A stretch of DNA of 64,000 nt from Malacoraja senta (taxonomy: Eukaryota). The DNA is taken from the NCBI GenBank assembly GCA_038087875.1, contig CM075996.1, positions 3,784,001 to 3,848,000 on the forward strand. The letters run 5' to 3'. Below are positions 1 through 45,318 of this stretch, in pieces. The position numbers and the translations under genes are program-made. Below the pieces are notes generated by a model that was given only the letters and a program-made list of their open reading frames with translations, ran no database searches and was not told the origin of the DNA. Numbering within the stretch: the stretch's first letter is position 1; every line of letters starts with the position of its first letter.

Positions 1-345
1 TTGTTTGTGGTGGCCTAGGTGAAAACGAGTTACAGACAACAAGACTCAACAAGAAGACTTTGCAGCTGGTACAACGACTTGGGTGGGGGAGGGATGAGAG
101 AGATGGAAAGCAAGGTTACTTGAAGTTAGAGAAATCAACATTCATACTGGGTTGTAAACTTGCTGGGGGTGTGAGCTGCCCAAGTGAAATATGAGGTGCT
201 GTTCCTCCAATTTGCGCTGGGCCTCATTCTGACAATGGAGGAGGCCCAGGACAGAAAGGTCAGTGTGGGAATGGGAAGAGGAATTAATGTGTTTGGCAAC
301 CGGGAGATCAGGTAGGCCCGGGCGGACTGAGCAAAAGGTGTTCAA
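1..345 (-). mobile_element. Penelope-like element 3' fragment
   Basis: ORF 142-345 (PDLPVAKHINS..LSVLGLLHCQNEAQRKLEEQHLIFHLGS) is homologous to the GIY-YIG tail of the 52.4-kb copy. Confidence 0.75.
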
Positions 346-878
346 TGGGGTAAAGGAAGGAGATAGCGAGCTGAGTATTATGGTTTCAAGACAATGACGT
401 CTCCCTCAATGGCAGCAAAATGAAAGATGTGCTCATCAGCTTCAGGATGAGGGCTGGGTCTGCATCCCGGTTCGCTGGCTTTACCAGATCACGTATCTGC
501 ACACACTGCAAATGGCTCGATTGTAACCACGTATCTATTGTCTTACCGCTGACTGCGTAGCGCGCAAACGGAAGCTTTTCACTGTACCTCGATACACGTG
601 GCAATAAACCAAACTGTATAAAATTCGACCTTGCGGGTTTAAGAAAAGGGACGTGAGATTGCTGAGTGCAATCAGTGCACGAGAATAGCGCTGCGCACAG
701 TGGGGGAGTCCACGCATGTTGAGGTTTGAACTATAATGAGTTCAACCCACAGGCTCTTGTGCACTCGGTTCGTTCTGAGCTTTTGACACCCGTGCTTTGT
801 TAAATAATCAGAAATAAGCATGAGCTCCAGGTACTCACTCCAGGTACTCACTGATCGCTTTTCCTCCTGTCTTTGCAG

Positions 879-31716
<30,838 letters not shown>

Positions 31717-32173
31717 GGGGCCGGGATGCTGCTCGGGACCTCCCGCTCTCTCTCCCCGGCCACCCGCTGGAGATCCACATCAGCTGCCCTTTTCTACTCT
31801 TTCGGTTTTTGATCATCATCCAGAGCATCGACAGTCTTTGTTTTTTTGTTTTTATCAGCGGCGTCATTATGGCAGTGAATTGGAATCCACGATGAACATT
31901 AAGTCTGGTCCAATACAATATGGCAAAAATTCTAACTGCATGTCAATTGTATCGGGTGATGCATCTATGTGTAGGGATGACGATTAATTAATAGAGTACA
32001 TATGCATATCAGTGCCCAGTACTGTACAGTTTCAAACCGGTTTTAACCCACTTGCCACTTGAAGACCCCGTCTGGCTTTGTTCTGAATGCCGGACAGGGC
32101 CCTCGACGACCTTCAGCTGCAGACTTTATTGCAGGAGTGGAGATGGGTTGCAGCGATATGATCTCAGAACGAC

Positions 32174-32209
<36 letters not shown>

Positions 32210-32785
32210 TGCCAAACGTTTGCATTCATGCATGTGTGTGTGCGTGTGTGGGTGTGCGCGCGTGCATACCTGTGCGTGTATGCACATATACACACACACC
32301 ATGACCAATTACACGCGTGTGTGTGTGCGCGCGCGTGCATATCTGTGCGTGTATGCACATATACACACACACCATGACCAATTACACGCGTGTGTGTGTG
32401 TGTGCGCGCGTGCATATCTGTGCGTGTATGCATATATACACACACCATGACCATTTACACGTGTGTGTGTGTGTGCATGTCTGTGCGTGTATGCATATAT
32501 ACACACACCATGACCATTTACACGTGTGTGTGTGTGTGTGTGCATGTCTGTGCGTGTATGCATATATACACACACGCCATGACCATTTACACGTGTGTGT
32601 GTGTGTGTGCATATCTGTGCGTGTATGCATATATACACACACACCATGACCATTTACACACGTGTGTGTGTGTGTGTGTGTGTGTGCATCCACACACGTT
32701 CACTCACAGCATGAATGCCTGTGTATATATTGGTATGTATGCGTGCGTGCGTGTGTGTGCGTGCGTTCATGCACACGTGTGCATG
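32174..32785. repeat. Compound (TG)n/(CA)n minisatellite, ~60-bp units, downstream of the grin2b stop
   Basis: Unit (gt)n-gcatatctgtgcgtgtatgcatatatacacacaccatgaccatttacac repeated about 7 times. Confidence 0.9.
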
Positions 32786-34579
32786 GCTCCATAATGACAA
32801 CGTGCCGTGACATTGTTGAGACTCGGTGATAATCATGGACATCACAGTGGTGGTGAGATTAAGTTTTTAAGAAGTCCCAGCAGCTGTATGAAGTGGAGTG
32901 TCTAAGCTGGGTGACTATTACCCCGCAGATGCTTGTGCTACGAGATTTGGTTATGATTTCAGTCGTAATTGGACCCATGGATAGGGATCACCCCCAGGTA
33001 CAGTCCTTTCTGGCAGTACCGGGGAAAACATCGTGGCAAGTGACACGATTATCGCCCAATTAAGTCATCATCATCAAATTACACACAATCAACTTCATAA
33101 CTTGCTTTGTATTTTTGCTGGTCTTTCCGGGAAGGAGCACTGCTCGCTATCTACCGATCAGCATGAAAGCAGCTTCCTTCCATTCCACGAGTCTAGAAGA
33201 TCATTTCACTGCATTAATGCCTCAAGATAAGGAATTTCATTGGGATGGAACGACACGTGATATTGCACTACGGTCCAGTATTTCTGATCAGGAACTAGCA
33301 GCACGTGGCTGCAGCGAAGCTCAGTAACGTAGAGGGAGAAAGTACCTTGAATTGAATTGAATTGAATGTTTATTCTCAAGTCACGGTGGAATTCGTTGCT
33401 TGCATACCCGAGGTATGCAAATAGTCGCCCATAAAGGGCGCTTACAATATTACAAATTCCCCCCTACCCCCCCCACTCTGCCCTCGTGCCAGGCCCCCCT
33501 TTGTTCTCCCCCCTCCCTCATGGCACACCCCTCCCCACACCCCGGGTCCTCCATCGTCCATCGTTCTAAATATCCAACTCGCCTGCGATAGAGCATTGGG
33601 CGAAAAAACCAAACTGTGTGAGAGTCAGTCGCCATCAGCTGATGCACTTGGTTAGAGAGTGTTGTGTTACTGCCAACCTTAGGACATGTCTGAGTGTAAT
33701 GTACAAATTAAAGGGCATTGAACAAATGATAGCAGCAGGGATGAACTTTGACTAGGCTGGTCCGTGGCTCACATATTTCTGGTGTAGATTGCAAGGTCCT
33801 CTGGGGTCTGTGGGTACAAGTTCAATGGGGGCCTCTTAGTCCTTCTGGTAAGGATTAGTATTTGTGAACTTCCAACAGTTCTAGGAGCAGAATTAGGCCA
33901 TTCGGCCCATCAAGACTACTCTGCCATTCAATCATGGCTGATCTATCTCTCCCACCTAACCCCACTCTCCTGCCTTCTCCCCATAAATTTCTCCTCATCT
34001 TCTTAAAAGAACGTCCTTTAATTCTGACTTGACAACTTTAAAACCTTACAGGCGTTTGCACATTGCAGGACGCAGGTTAAGTCATCCGTGTGGTGGGGCA
34101 ACTTTCTCAGTGATTTGCATTGGGTACGACCCTTCTCTCTCTCTCTCTCTCTCCCCTCTCTTATTGAAACCAGAACCAAATCAAAGTGCCAAAGTAACAT
34201 TACAAACACCAAGTCAATTTTACAGTGGGATTGGCTTTGCCATAAACCAGGAGGTAAATCGGGGATTGTATGTGAAAGCCCAGTAATTATGGACATTTAC
34301 TTACTGTGACTTTTGGACGAGTATTTGCCTGAATAAACCAGGGAAGGAGAATGTATAAAGCAAAAGTCTACATTGGTTTCAATGCAGTTGATAAATGTGG
34401 ATACATTGAATGCTGCAGCATTATTGGCTTAAGAGGCGACTTGAGTATTAGAAAGGCGCTATATAAATCCCATCCATTATTATTATTATTATTAGTTATT
34501 GTGGAAAGGGTGGCATTTACTTAGCTTTGGTTAGAAAAGTTTTCTGTTCTTTTTAGAAGGCCACGAGACATCACTGAGG

Positions 34580-35168
34580 ACATAGAAACATGGAAAAATA
34601 GGTGCAGGAGTAGCCAGCATCACCATTCAATATGATACATAGATACATAGAACATAGGTGCAGGAGTAGGCCATTTGGCCCTTCGAGCCTGCACCGCCAT
34701 TCAATATGATCATGGCTGATCATCCAACTCAGTATCCCGTACCTGCCTTCTCTCCATACCCCCTGATCCCTTTAGCCACAAGGGCCACATCTAACTCCCT
34801 CTTAAATATAGCCAATGAACTGGCCTCAACTACCCTCTGTGGCAGAGAGTTCCAGAGATTCACCACTCTCTGTGTGAAAAAGTTTTTCCTCATCTCGGTC
34901 TTAAAGGATTTCCCCCTTATCCTTAAGCTGTGACCCCTTGTCCTGGACTTCCCCAACATCGGGAACAATCATCCTGCATCTAGCCTGTCCAACCCCATAA
35001 GAATTTTGTACGTTTCTATAAGATCCCCTCTCAATCTCCTAAATTCTAGCGAGTACAAGCCGATCACGGCTGATCATCTAAAATCAGTACGCCGTTCCTG
35101 CTTTTCCCCCCATATCCCTCGATTCCTTTAGCCCTAAGAGCTAAATCTAACTCTAACTCTCTCTTGAA
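34580..35168 (-). mobile_element. Nested CR1-clade LINE 3' fragments
   Basis: ORF 34729-34968 (FPMLGKSRTRGHSLRIRGKSFKTEMRKNFFTQRVVNLWNSLP) inserted within another CR1 3' end. Confidence 0.85.
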
Positions 35169-36535
35169 AGTACATGACTGAAAGGAGACTGAGTGAAGGT
35201 GTCCGGTATAGAAAGCAACAGGGAGATTTAATGCCAGCCAACTGTGAATTCTCAGTAGCCTGTAGATTCTGAAAAGAGTGCACAGTTTAGTTTAGAGATT
35301 TAGCACGGAAACAGCCCTTCGGCCCGTCGAGTCCATGCCAATCCTGTACACTAGCACCATCCTACACAGTAGGGACAATTTATAATTTACAGAAGCCAAT
35401 TAACCTATGAACCCTGGACGTCTTTGGAGTGTGGGAGGAGACCAGAGCACCCGGTGAAAACCGATGTGGACACAGGGGGAACGCACCCATGGCCAGGATG
35501 GAACCCGGGTCTCTGGCGCCGCCCACACAGTGAAGTGGGAAGTCCCACATTCCAAACACGGTACTAGAATCCAAAATAAAGGGGGTCAGTCTTCCCGATG
35601 TCCCCCTTACCAAGTGAGTTCATTGGTTTCCCAGCAAACATATTGCTTTTGTTCATGGCCTAGAATCCATGATCGGTGTTAAGTTTGATGAACACAGAGT
35701 CCAGAGGTGCCTCATGAAATAGGGATGCTTGTGCAATTTTCTTTCACGGACGTTATGGATGAACAGATTGCTTCCTCTGCTCGACCATGCCAAAGTTCCC
35801 AGTCATTCTTTTAAAGCTTGGTTGCCCACCATCACATTGGATAATGACGGCGAATAGACAAGTAACTTTCAATTCTGGGCAGCCGCAGATTCAAATACGC
35901 CGCTCATTTTGCATGCATTTGGTGAGATTTCGTCAAAGGTTTCAAGTTGTACATAGTATGAATGCGCGCAGATCGCTGTCCAATATTCGAGGAAGAGTGT
36001 ATTTGACTGTTTCTTTGGAGTTTTTAATGGGGTGCTCATGCTTATGTGATTTTTTGTGATTTTGAAGTATTTTTGGTATGGAAAAGATTCTGGAAAAAGC
36101 GGAGAAAAATTCATGATAGTTTCTTCTTTTGTTGAAAGGATATACTTGTGTTGAACAAACTTAGATGTGGGTGGAACAAAATAAATACATCTTTGGCATA
36201 GATTTGACTTTTACTTTGGCTTTTACTTTGACCAGTAGATGTTTAAGGCTCGTAAAATATTTTGTTTTCGTTTTCGAAGAGCACGGCAAAATGAGAACCT
36301 TAGACGGTGCACTCTTTGGAAGAATTGGAACGTTAAAGTGGAAAGAACCCCCATAGGAAGGAAGTTTGTTCAAAGATAACTGTAAATTTTTGTGTAAAAA
36401 AAATAAATCAAATTTAATGGGTAATATTAGTAGCCGGCATATTACTATGCCTGTAATATTTCTCCATGATTTAATGAGAACAATTGTTTTAAAATATCCT
36501 ATGCTTTCAAAGTAGCAGACACACTTTTTTTTCAG

Positions 36536-36648
36536 ATGTGTCCATAATTAATATAACTCAACTAGTTGCCAGTTATGTCATCATTTTATTAATGTGTCCG
36601 TAATTAATATAACTCAACTAGTTGCCAGTTATGTCATCATTTTTATTA
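36536..36648. repeat. 56-bp tandem duplication
   Basis: atgtgtcc(a/g)taattaatataactcaactagttgccagttatgtcatcattttatta, two copies. Confidence 0.9.
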
Positions 36649-38202
36649 AAAGCATCTTTGTTTTGAGAGACATATCCCTGTGAATTCACCATGTTGGCTC
36701 TCCACTCTCCCAATCATCTGCAATGTTGTCAGTGATCAGACAAGCTCCCTGTACCATGGAGTGGAGTACTTTGTTTTACGATACGATAGAACATTATTTA
36801 TCCCAGGGGGGAAATTGATCTCCCAACAGTCATACATGACTGCATGAAATTAAAGTGACGAGTGGAAAGGATTGGGGATGTGCAAAGATTGGAGGGGGGG
36901 GGGGGGGGGAGTCAATAGACAATAGACAATAGGTGCAGGAGTTGGCTATTTGGCCCTTTGAGCCAGCACCGCCATTCAATGTGATCATGGCTGATCATCC
37001 CCAATCAGTACCGAGTTCCTGCCTTCTCCCCATATCCCCTGACTCCGCTATTTTTAAGAGCCCTATCTAGCTCTCTCTTGAAAGCATCCAGAGAACCGGC
37101 CTCCACCGCCCTCTGAAGCAGAGAATTCTCAGTCAGTCTCAGTCTACCCCACGACAGAAGGGGGAGGAGTTGAACAGGGAAGAAGGATCTCCTGTGGGGT
37201 TCTGTGCTGCATCTTGGTGGAACCAGTCCGTTGCTGAAGGTGCTCCTCAGGTTGACCAGTGCGTTTGGAAAGGTTTGAGTTTAAACACTAAAACCTTTGT
37301 ACAAAGTACCCAGTGAGTTGAGTCGATTCACTTTGTGTAGGAAGGAACTGCAGATGCTGGTTTAAACCGAAGATAGACACAAAATGCTGGAGTAACTCAG
37401 CGGGACAGGCAGCATCTTTGGAGAGAAGGAATGGGTGCCGTTTTGGGTTGAGACCCTTCTTCAGACGTCTCGAGCTGGAGTTACTCCAGCTTTTTGTGTC
37501 TACATTCACTTTATGCTGCTTCGCCTGCTGCCACAGTAGACTTGTTAGTAGACCCAAACTCTGAAACGTAAAAGAGTTTTGGCTATTTATTTGGCTACTG
37601 CCACCAATGGGATGCCAAAATATCAAACCCAAGGTCCAAAGTTGATCGATCTTCAAAGCTTCATGGAAAATAATTGGGATAAGTTACGAGCAGCAATTGT
37701 TTGGGACGTAGGTTAGGATTCAGGCCTAGTGGAGAATCAGCTGGAGGAATGATGGAGAGGAAAATGCTGGGTTCATTGAAATATTTAAAGGTGATAAGGG
37801 CATCAGAGAGTGCAGAGTGATCTGATCAATGGTTGATTTGATGAGTTGAATAGATTCCTCCTAATCCTAAGGTTTGGCAGGTGGCTGCGGTATAACCGAG
37901 AGTGGAGATCGGAAATGAGGCAAAAAGTGGGCAGGAGAAGCTGGAATGGTCATTAACCTGAAACGTTAACCTTGACTTCTTCCCTCAGCCATCAGTGATC
38001 TGAGTATTTCCACTTTGTCTCTGGCTACAGCAGGGGAGAAAAGGCAATACTGGGATTTGACCACGTGGTTCCAACTCGGGCAGGTTGTGGACTTGGTGCC
38101 GCCAGCACTGGGCTCCCCTCCGACTGGAGTCCCCATTGTCAGAGGGACCTCACACCACAGGAAAGCTTGTTGCTTCTACCTGAGACCTAACAATATACAA
38201 CA

Positions 38203-38505
38203 GGGTGGCACGGTGGCGCAGTGATAGAGTTGCTGCCTCACAGCGCCAGAGACCCGGGTTCGAACCTGACTACGGGCGCTGTCTGTACGGAGTTTGCACG
38301 TTCTCCCCGTGACCCGCGTGGGTTTTCTCCAAGATCTTCGGTTTCCTCCCACACTCCAAAGACGTGCAGGTGTGTAGGTTAATTGGCTCGGTATAAATGT
38401 AAAATGTCCCTAGTGTGTATATGACCATGTTAGTGTGTGGGGATCACTGGTCTGTGCAGACCCGGTGGGCCGAAGGTCCTGTTTTTGCGCTGTATCTCTA
38501 AACTA
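38203..38505 (+). mobile_element. V-SINE (HE1-like)
   Basis: A/B boxes, V-domain and CR1-like tail. Confidence 0.85.
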
Positions 38506-39183
38506 AGCTAGATTAAACTCGGGTCAGCAATATGATTCAATCATGATTAAGGAATTAGAGCAGCATTGTAATGGTTGTAAGTTGATAGGTTGCCATAACA
38601 TGCTGTGAAATAGGCTGTTAAAGTGATGAATCTGCCAAAGAAGACCACTGGTTCATTAGTGTTCCTCATGGAAGGAAGCTTGTTACTGAGTTTATAATAA
38701 TAATGGCTTTTATTTACGGGCGCCTTATACCGAGGTCTCATGGACACCTTACAGAGATTAACAAGTGGGAAACATTTAATCAGAATAAAATAAATTATAC
38801 AGACCAATACACAAATTAAGGACAGAATTCTTTCCGAAGACACAAAAAAAGAAAATCAGAAACACAACGTGAGGAGAGAGCAGCGGCAGCTAAACCGCGC
38901 CAGCGTCCACTCTCCCCTCCGACCGCCATCTTGAACACAGACTAACATAGACACAACATACAAAAATCATCCCCCCACAATGATTACCACTGTGGGGGAA
39001 GGCACAATGTCCAGTCCCCGACCCCAGTTCACCCAAAAGTCAGGCCAAATGAGGCCTCCGCTATTGCCTCTACGGAGGCCCGATGTTCCTGGTCGTTTTC
39101 GTAGAGGCAATAGCGTCCGGAGAGGCCTCTAGCGGCTGGGCCACTTGGAACGGCCGCATCCCTCACCGGAGGCCGCAACTACG

Positions 39184-39521
39184 GTTTAGTTTAGAGATAC
39201 AGCGCAGAAACGGGTCCTTCAGCCCGCAGAATCCGCGCCGACCAGCGATCCCCACACACCAACACCATCTTACACACACCGGGGACAGTTTTTACAATTT
39301 AATTCAAAAAATGTATTCATTGTTCATTCCAATTGTACCGAAGCCAATTAACCTACAAACCTGTGTGTCTTTGGAGTGTGGGGGGAAACTGGAGATCCCG
39401 GAGACAACCCGCGCAGGGGAGAATGTACAAACTCCGTACAGACAGCACCCGTGGTCAGGATCGAACCCGGGTCTCTGGCGTTGTAAGGCTGCAGGTCTAC
39501 CGCTGCGCCACTGTGCCGCCA
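39184..39521 (-). mobile_element. V-SINE (HE1-like)
   Basis: Reverse-complement consensus. Confidence 0.8.
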
Positions 39522-40407
39522 CTCTTAGTTAGCTCTGGAACACAATGCAGCTCCAGTCCCACACAAGGCATTGATTTTTTCCTTCCTCCCGAAGGAAAAC
39601 ATGCCATGTGTAGGAAATGCACATCTAGAGAATGGGTAATATATCGACTCTTGTATACATCCCAAGAAGAACTATTGGAATAAATCAACTTCTAGCAGTG
39701 GAGGTTAATGTTGCTGTTGAATTAAGTGCTTCTGCCTGCCATCTTACACCGCCCATTGTCTTATTTATCTTGCCGTTCTTTCCTTGAATTGGCAGGGAGA
39801 AATGTGGCATAAGGGAACGATAAGGAAATACGGGCTGGCTCACGTACTTACTGATGGTTTGTCATTCTCAGTTGCAGTTTTAGTTTATTGTCATGTGTAC
39901 AGTGAAAAGCATGTGTTTCGTGCTAACCAGTCAGCGGAAAGACAATACATGATTACAATCGAGCCGTCCACAGTGCACAGCTACATGATGAGGGTATAGC
40001 ATTCAGTGCAAGGTAATCAAAAATAGTCTGAGGGTCCCCAATGAGGCAGGTCCCTGCTGGTTCAGCACTGCTCTCTGGTTGTGGTAGGATGGTTCAGTTG
40101 CCTGATAAAAGCTGGGAAGAAACTGTCCCTGAATCTGGAGGTGTGCGTTTTCACTGGTTGGGAGCCAAAGGAAAGATTTTACTGACTTGAAGTATGTAAA
40201 ACCCTGCCTTAAAAACTTGGCCTTAAATGTATATTTGATTGAGGAGGTGCAAGGTTACTGTCTTTGCACAGTCATAAAAGCTGATCAGTGTTGCCATATG
40301 TTTTCCCATTTTTAGCTTCTTGTTCAATTCAAGTGGGATTTCGGTTGGGGAAACTTTTAATTGATCTACCTTTAAAACTATTTGGCAGATACTTAGGTGT
40401 GAGTTAA

Positions 40408-40636
40408 GGGCCCGTCCCACTTTCACGGCCTAATTCACGACCTTTTTTACTCGTGGACATTTTTCATCAGGCTGGGAAAAAAAACGCCCCGACCTACTTG
40501 ATGCCACGAGTACCTACGACTAGCATCACGGCCTGCTACGACCTACCTACGACCTCGTGACGACCACGCTGCGAGTATGAGTCAAGGGCAAACCCGGCAG
40601 AGGTCGTGAATTAGGTCATGAAAGTGGGACAGGGGC
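40408..40636. mobile_element. Palindromic MITE of the same terminal family
   Basis: TTAA-GGGCCCGTCCCACTTTCACGGCCTAATTCACGACCT...AGGTCGTGAATTAGGTCATGAAAGTGGGACAGGGGC-TTAA. Confidence 0.8.
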
Positions 40637-43461
40637 TTAAGTCATGTGGAGAATTATTGTCTTAAACTCAATAATCAAGTTCAAGATTCAAGTGAGTTTA
40701 TTGTCATGTGTCCCTGATAGGACAATGAAATTCTTGCTTTGCTTCAACACAACAGAACATAGTAGGCATTGACTACAAAACAGATCAGTGTGTCCATGTA
40801 CCATTATATAAATATATACACACATGAATATCACTCTACACCAATGAATATTTTGTTACACCTGTTTTAGAAATTGCCCCTTGGAATTTAGAACAGAGTA
40901 TTTGGATCTGGTGAAATGGTGGGACGACACCAAACACTGAATATTTTACAACCTTGAATTCTCCAATTGTAGGTAACTTCTACAAACACCCCCCACCCCC
41001 ACCCCCCCACCACCACCTACTATTTGTTCATGGAATTACAATAGAGATACTGTGAGAAAAAAACATTGATGGTATTTTAATGCAAATAACCCCCCCATAC
41101 AGAAATACGCCTCCCCTCCCCTAGTGTTTAAGAAGGAACTGCAGATGCTGGAAAATCGAAGGTAGACAAAAGTGCTGGTGGTGGGAAGGGGGAATCATAG
41201 AGGGGGGTCAGTCAGAGAGGAGGTTGTTAAACTGTCTTCGGAGGGAGGAGGAGTTTCTGAAGAAAGAGTTTCGGCCCGAAACGTTGCCTATCTCCTTCGC
41301 TCCATAGATGCTGCCGCACCCGCTGAGTTTCCCAGCACTTCTGTCTATCCTCCCCTAGTGTCTGCCTGCTTTCTGTCTCTAGAATAGGAATGTTTCTGCT
41401 TAACCTCACAGAGAACATAGAGCATCAACTGAAGCCAACGCTGTTAAACGTTTAGGAAGGAACCGCAGATGCTGGTTGGTACTGAAGATAGACACATAAT
41501 GCTCGGGTAACTCAGCGGGTGGGGCAGCGTCTATGGAGAAAAGGAATAGATTACGTTTTGGGGTCGGAACCCTTGAAAGGATTGTTCCGATTACTTTTAT
41601 CCAGAGATGCTGCCTGACCTGCTGAGTTACTCCAGCATTTTGTGTCTACTGTTATACGTATGTTTAGGCAGTAGCCATCAATCTTGCCCTTGATTAGTGT
41701 TGGCCTGCTGTCGTTTTGGTTGACAAATGAACAGATATAAATTCATAAATAAATGAGGTTTAGATTTAGAGATGCAGCATGGAAATAGACCCTATGACCC
41801 ACGGAGATCGGGCCAGTCAACGTTGACCCATGCACTAGTTCTCTCCGACACACACTGGGGGACAGTTTTACCGAAGCCAATTAGCCTACAAACCTGCACG
41901 TCTTTGTGGAGTGCGAGTAAACCAGTGCACCCGGAGAAAACCCAGATAGTCACAGGGCGCCTGTACAAGCTCCGCAGTCAGGATCGAACCCGGGTCTCTG
42001 GCGCAGTGAGGCAGCAACCCCACCACCGTGCCACTGTGCCGACCATTGCGTTGGTATTTTCTAAATAATCTCACCCATCCATAATACTCACCTTAACCAT
42101 TTCAAGCCAAAACAGGCCACGTTATATCAAATTCACAAGATAAAGAAAGTTATGTATGTCGCGTTCAATATGAAGCATACTGGATATGGCGTGTCGTTGT
42201 GGAACAACAGATTTAGGAGTGGTGCCCGAGCATGAGAATTGACCACGTTTAATGAGTAAGAGGACACTTGTCTAAGTTATGGACCTCAAACTAATGTACA
42301 TCTCCCATTACAAGGAATATACCTACATGGAGGGTTCTTTTGCATGCATGTACACTGTATGTAAGTGTGTGTGTGTGTGTGTGCGCGTGTGTAACTGTGT
42401 GAATAAGGATTAGTCGATGTTACGAGATACACAAAGAAGCCTAAAGTGAAAGTTGGAGTATATTCGCACAGCATTTGGAGGGCACTTTTAAAAAAAAACT
42501 TGTTCAGGGACGTGTTGGGTGACATTTATGGGCCATTCCCTGTCTATCCTCCAAAGCTGGTAACTGGAATTCTAAAAAGGACAACCACGTCCTTGTGTAA
42601 TGGTGGCCATATATCGGTGTAACGTGGGGATTTCACAATGCCTCTTGGCAGAGATGAAGCAATGGCAATATATTCCTGAGCTGAGGTGGTGTCTGATTTG
42701 AGGGGGGCCCTTCGTCTCTATCTGGCAGTGTGGCCTGGCGCTGAAGTGACTGGGTCTGGCAAAATCAGTGGGAGGAACGATTGAAACGTGAGCAAAGAAA
42801 ATCAAGTTAAAGATCGCTTAGTACGTCACGCAGTCACACGCACAGGCTAATTACAGTGCTTAATATCAAGTAACCAGCCAACTCAGAGTAAATACTGACG
42901 AGTTGGAATCCACTACACAACTTCCTCCAAGTTCAGATAGTCTCATCTGGTGGGGGTGCCGTTCCTCGGGAGGCATGTTTTTCCAAACATGGTGTACTTT
43001 AAAAAAAAAAAATTTAATTCTGTGGGTATGGGCATTGCTGGCGAGAGACCACTTTTTATTTGCCCATGAGGAGGCGCTATTGAGCACACCGTTGAAGTCT
43101 ACATGACATAGATGTTGCCACATTGCGGACTGGCAGAAAGTTGACAAACTTGGAAGTTTAACTGGCAGTGGACGAGGCCAGCAGTTATCTGTTTAATGCC
43201 AATAATTACAGGTGTAGCACAATGCCAGGAATGATATTCTAGCTGTCATATTATGTATATAGGATCTGTGGTGAGAGCCTCAACAACAACCTCTTCATCA
43301 ATAGTTTTCTTTTTCGATTTTTGCTCTTTTTGTAAATGATTACATTTAGAAATAGATTTCAAATAAGACTTTTAATAACACAATATGGGGTGTACTCAAA
43401 AAAAAAATTCTTTAAAAGTTGTGTTACGATTTGTTTACACTTTTTTGAAACAATGAGTAAG

Positions 43462-43463
<2 letters not shown>

Positions 43464-43507
<44 letters not shown>

Positions 43508-43553
43508 CCTCTCTCTCACTCTCTCTCTCTCTCTCTCTCACTCTCACTCTCAC
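43464..43553. repeat. (CT)n microsatellite
   Basis: Directly visible. Confidence 0.9.
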
Positions 43554-44896
43554 TGGTCGTTAACTTTCCAAGTATATGTGAGATTTCGATACAAATGTCC
43601 GAGAGGCAGGTTTCGGTTGCCTGCGCCACTGGAAAACATTTGTAAAATTTTACTTGAAATTGATAGTGTATATTGTGTGATTTTTTAAGAGTGAAAAAAG
43701 GTTGGCTGAAGACACTTAAGAATGTCGTAGTGGACTGAGGGACTCCGATGATCTGCCATATTGGATTGTGCAGTGATTGGCTTCCATTATTGCCTTTACC
43801 GATCACTTGATTTCTCATTTTGAAATGCATGGTTCCTTTTAAAAGAAATCGTTCTTGATAACCCATGAGTAGCCTCATTCTAAGTGTATTTTAATAGTGT
43901 TTGGTCACTATCTTGTGAATGCTCTTGTGTTGTGCCTGTGTCCATCTGTGCATTTCAATATGGCAGCTGAGGCGTCCGTATTATTGCCTGAAAAATAATT
44001 GTCCATACGAAGGGGTCGAAACTCAGCGGGCCAACCAAGAACGTTGTCGGGCTCGGAACCCGAGAGGGACTGGAATGGGCTAACGATGGGCATATGAGGT
44101 GCAGTATGCGGCTAGATGTCCTTGAAGGAGAAACATACTCCTTACCTAAAAAAATAGGAACAAATTTCCAACCGTTAAGATCTGCAGATGATCTGCAAAT
44201 CTCCGAGCCACAATGCTCGTGAGAACATGTTATAGAAGAGATAATTGAGAATTCTCATTCTGCAGGGGGCCGATACCCAACAAGCTTCATTCTTGCCTGC
44301 TGGCTCCAGTCAGCGTTTGTCCCAGATTGTATTTTGTCCAGAGGTTGCAAAAATTCTGATACTGTCAATAGATCATAAGTTTGTACTGAACAATCATGCA
44401 CTTTATTTGGTGGGCCTCACTGGCGACGTGTGCAAGCAGGCAAGAAGGAAGGCGATCGGCTTGGTTTTACGGACACCTCCAAAGTACAGAAGCATCAATT
44501 TCAGGACCTTGGACAGAGTTCTTTCAATCTGGACCATGGTTCCCATTTTAAAGGATTGACTTCTTTAGATCGCGACAGAGTGTTTTAATACCATGCTGGT
44601 TTCTTCCCGAACAAGATGACTGCAGATCCCGCCCCATTATTGGACCGCCCAGGGTCTTCTAGCCCTCCTGTGTTGATTGGTGCCTCTGTGTCTGTTAGGG
44701 TCACTGATGGTCTTGACCTCTGACTATGAGAGTGAACCTTGTGTTCTGATGATGCAATTCCTGCACTATGTAAATGTAAACATTTTCTACAGGACCAACA
44801 GGGTGTGCTCTCTCCAGCCTTTGAGCAATTTGTGGCAGCATCCCTTCCATTCCACAATCCTCCCCCATTCACTCCACTGCAGCAAGCCATGTTGCA

Positions 44897-45318
44897 TCTC
44901 TCTCTCTCTCCCTCCCCCTCTCCCTCTCCCTCTCTCCCTCTCCCTCTCTCTCCCTCTCTCTCCCCTTCTCTCCCTCCCCCACCCGTCTCTCACCCCCTCT
45001 CCCTCTCCCCTTCCTCATCTCCCTCCCTCTCTCCCCCTCTCTCCCTCCCCCTCTCTCCCTCTCCCCTTCTCGCCTTCTCCCCCTCCCCCTCTCTCCCCCT
45101 CTCCCCTTCTCCCCCCTCTCTCTCTCTCCCACCCCTCTCTCACCCCTCTCCCTCTCCCCTTCCTCCTCTCCCTCCCTCTCTCCCTCCCCCTCTCTCCCTC
45201 CCCCCCTCTCTCCCTCTCCCCTTCTCCCCCTCTCTCTCTCTCTCCCTCTCTCCCTCTCTCCCCTTCTCTCCCTCCCTCCCTCTCTCCCTCCCTCCCTCTC
45301 TCTCTCTCCCACCCTCCT
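44897..45318. repeat. Polypyrimidine (C/T) low-complexity tract, ~420 bp
   Basis: Almost purely C/T on the + strand. Confidence 0.92.

Noticed and set aside
32052..32845. Cluster of Cys/Val/His/Thr-rich ORFs (also at 46952-47412, 57477-57791 and 59766-60342)
   Set aside because: Translations of TG/CA or ATCT simple repeats.
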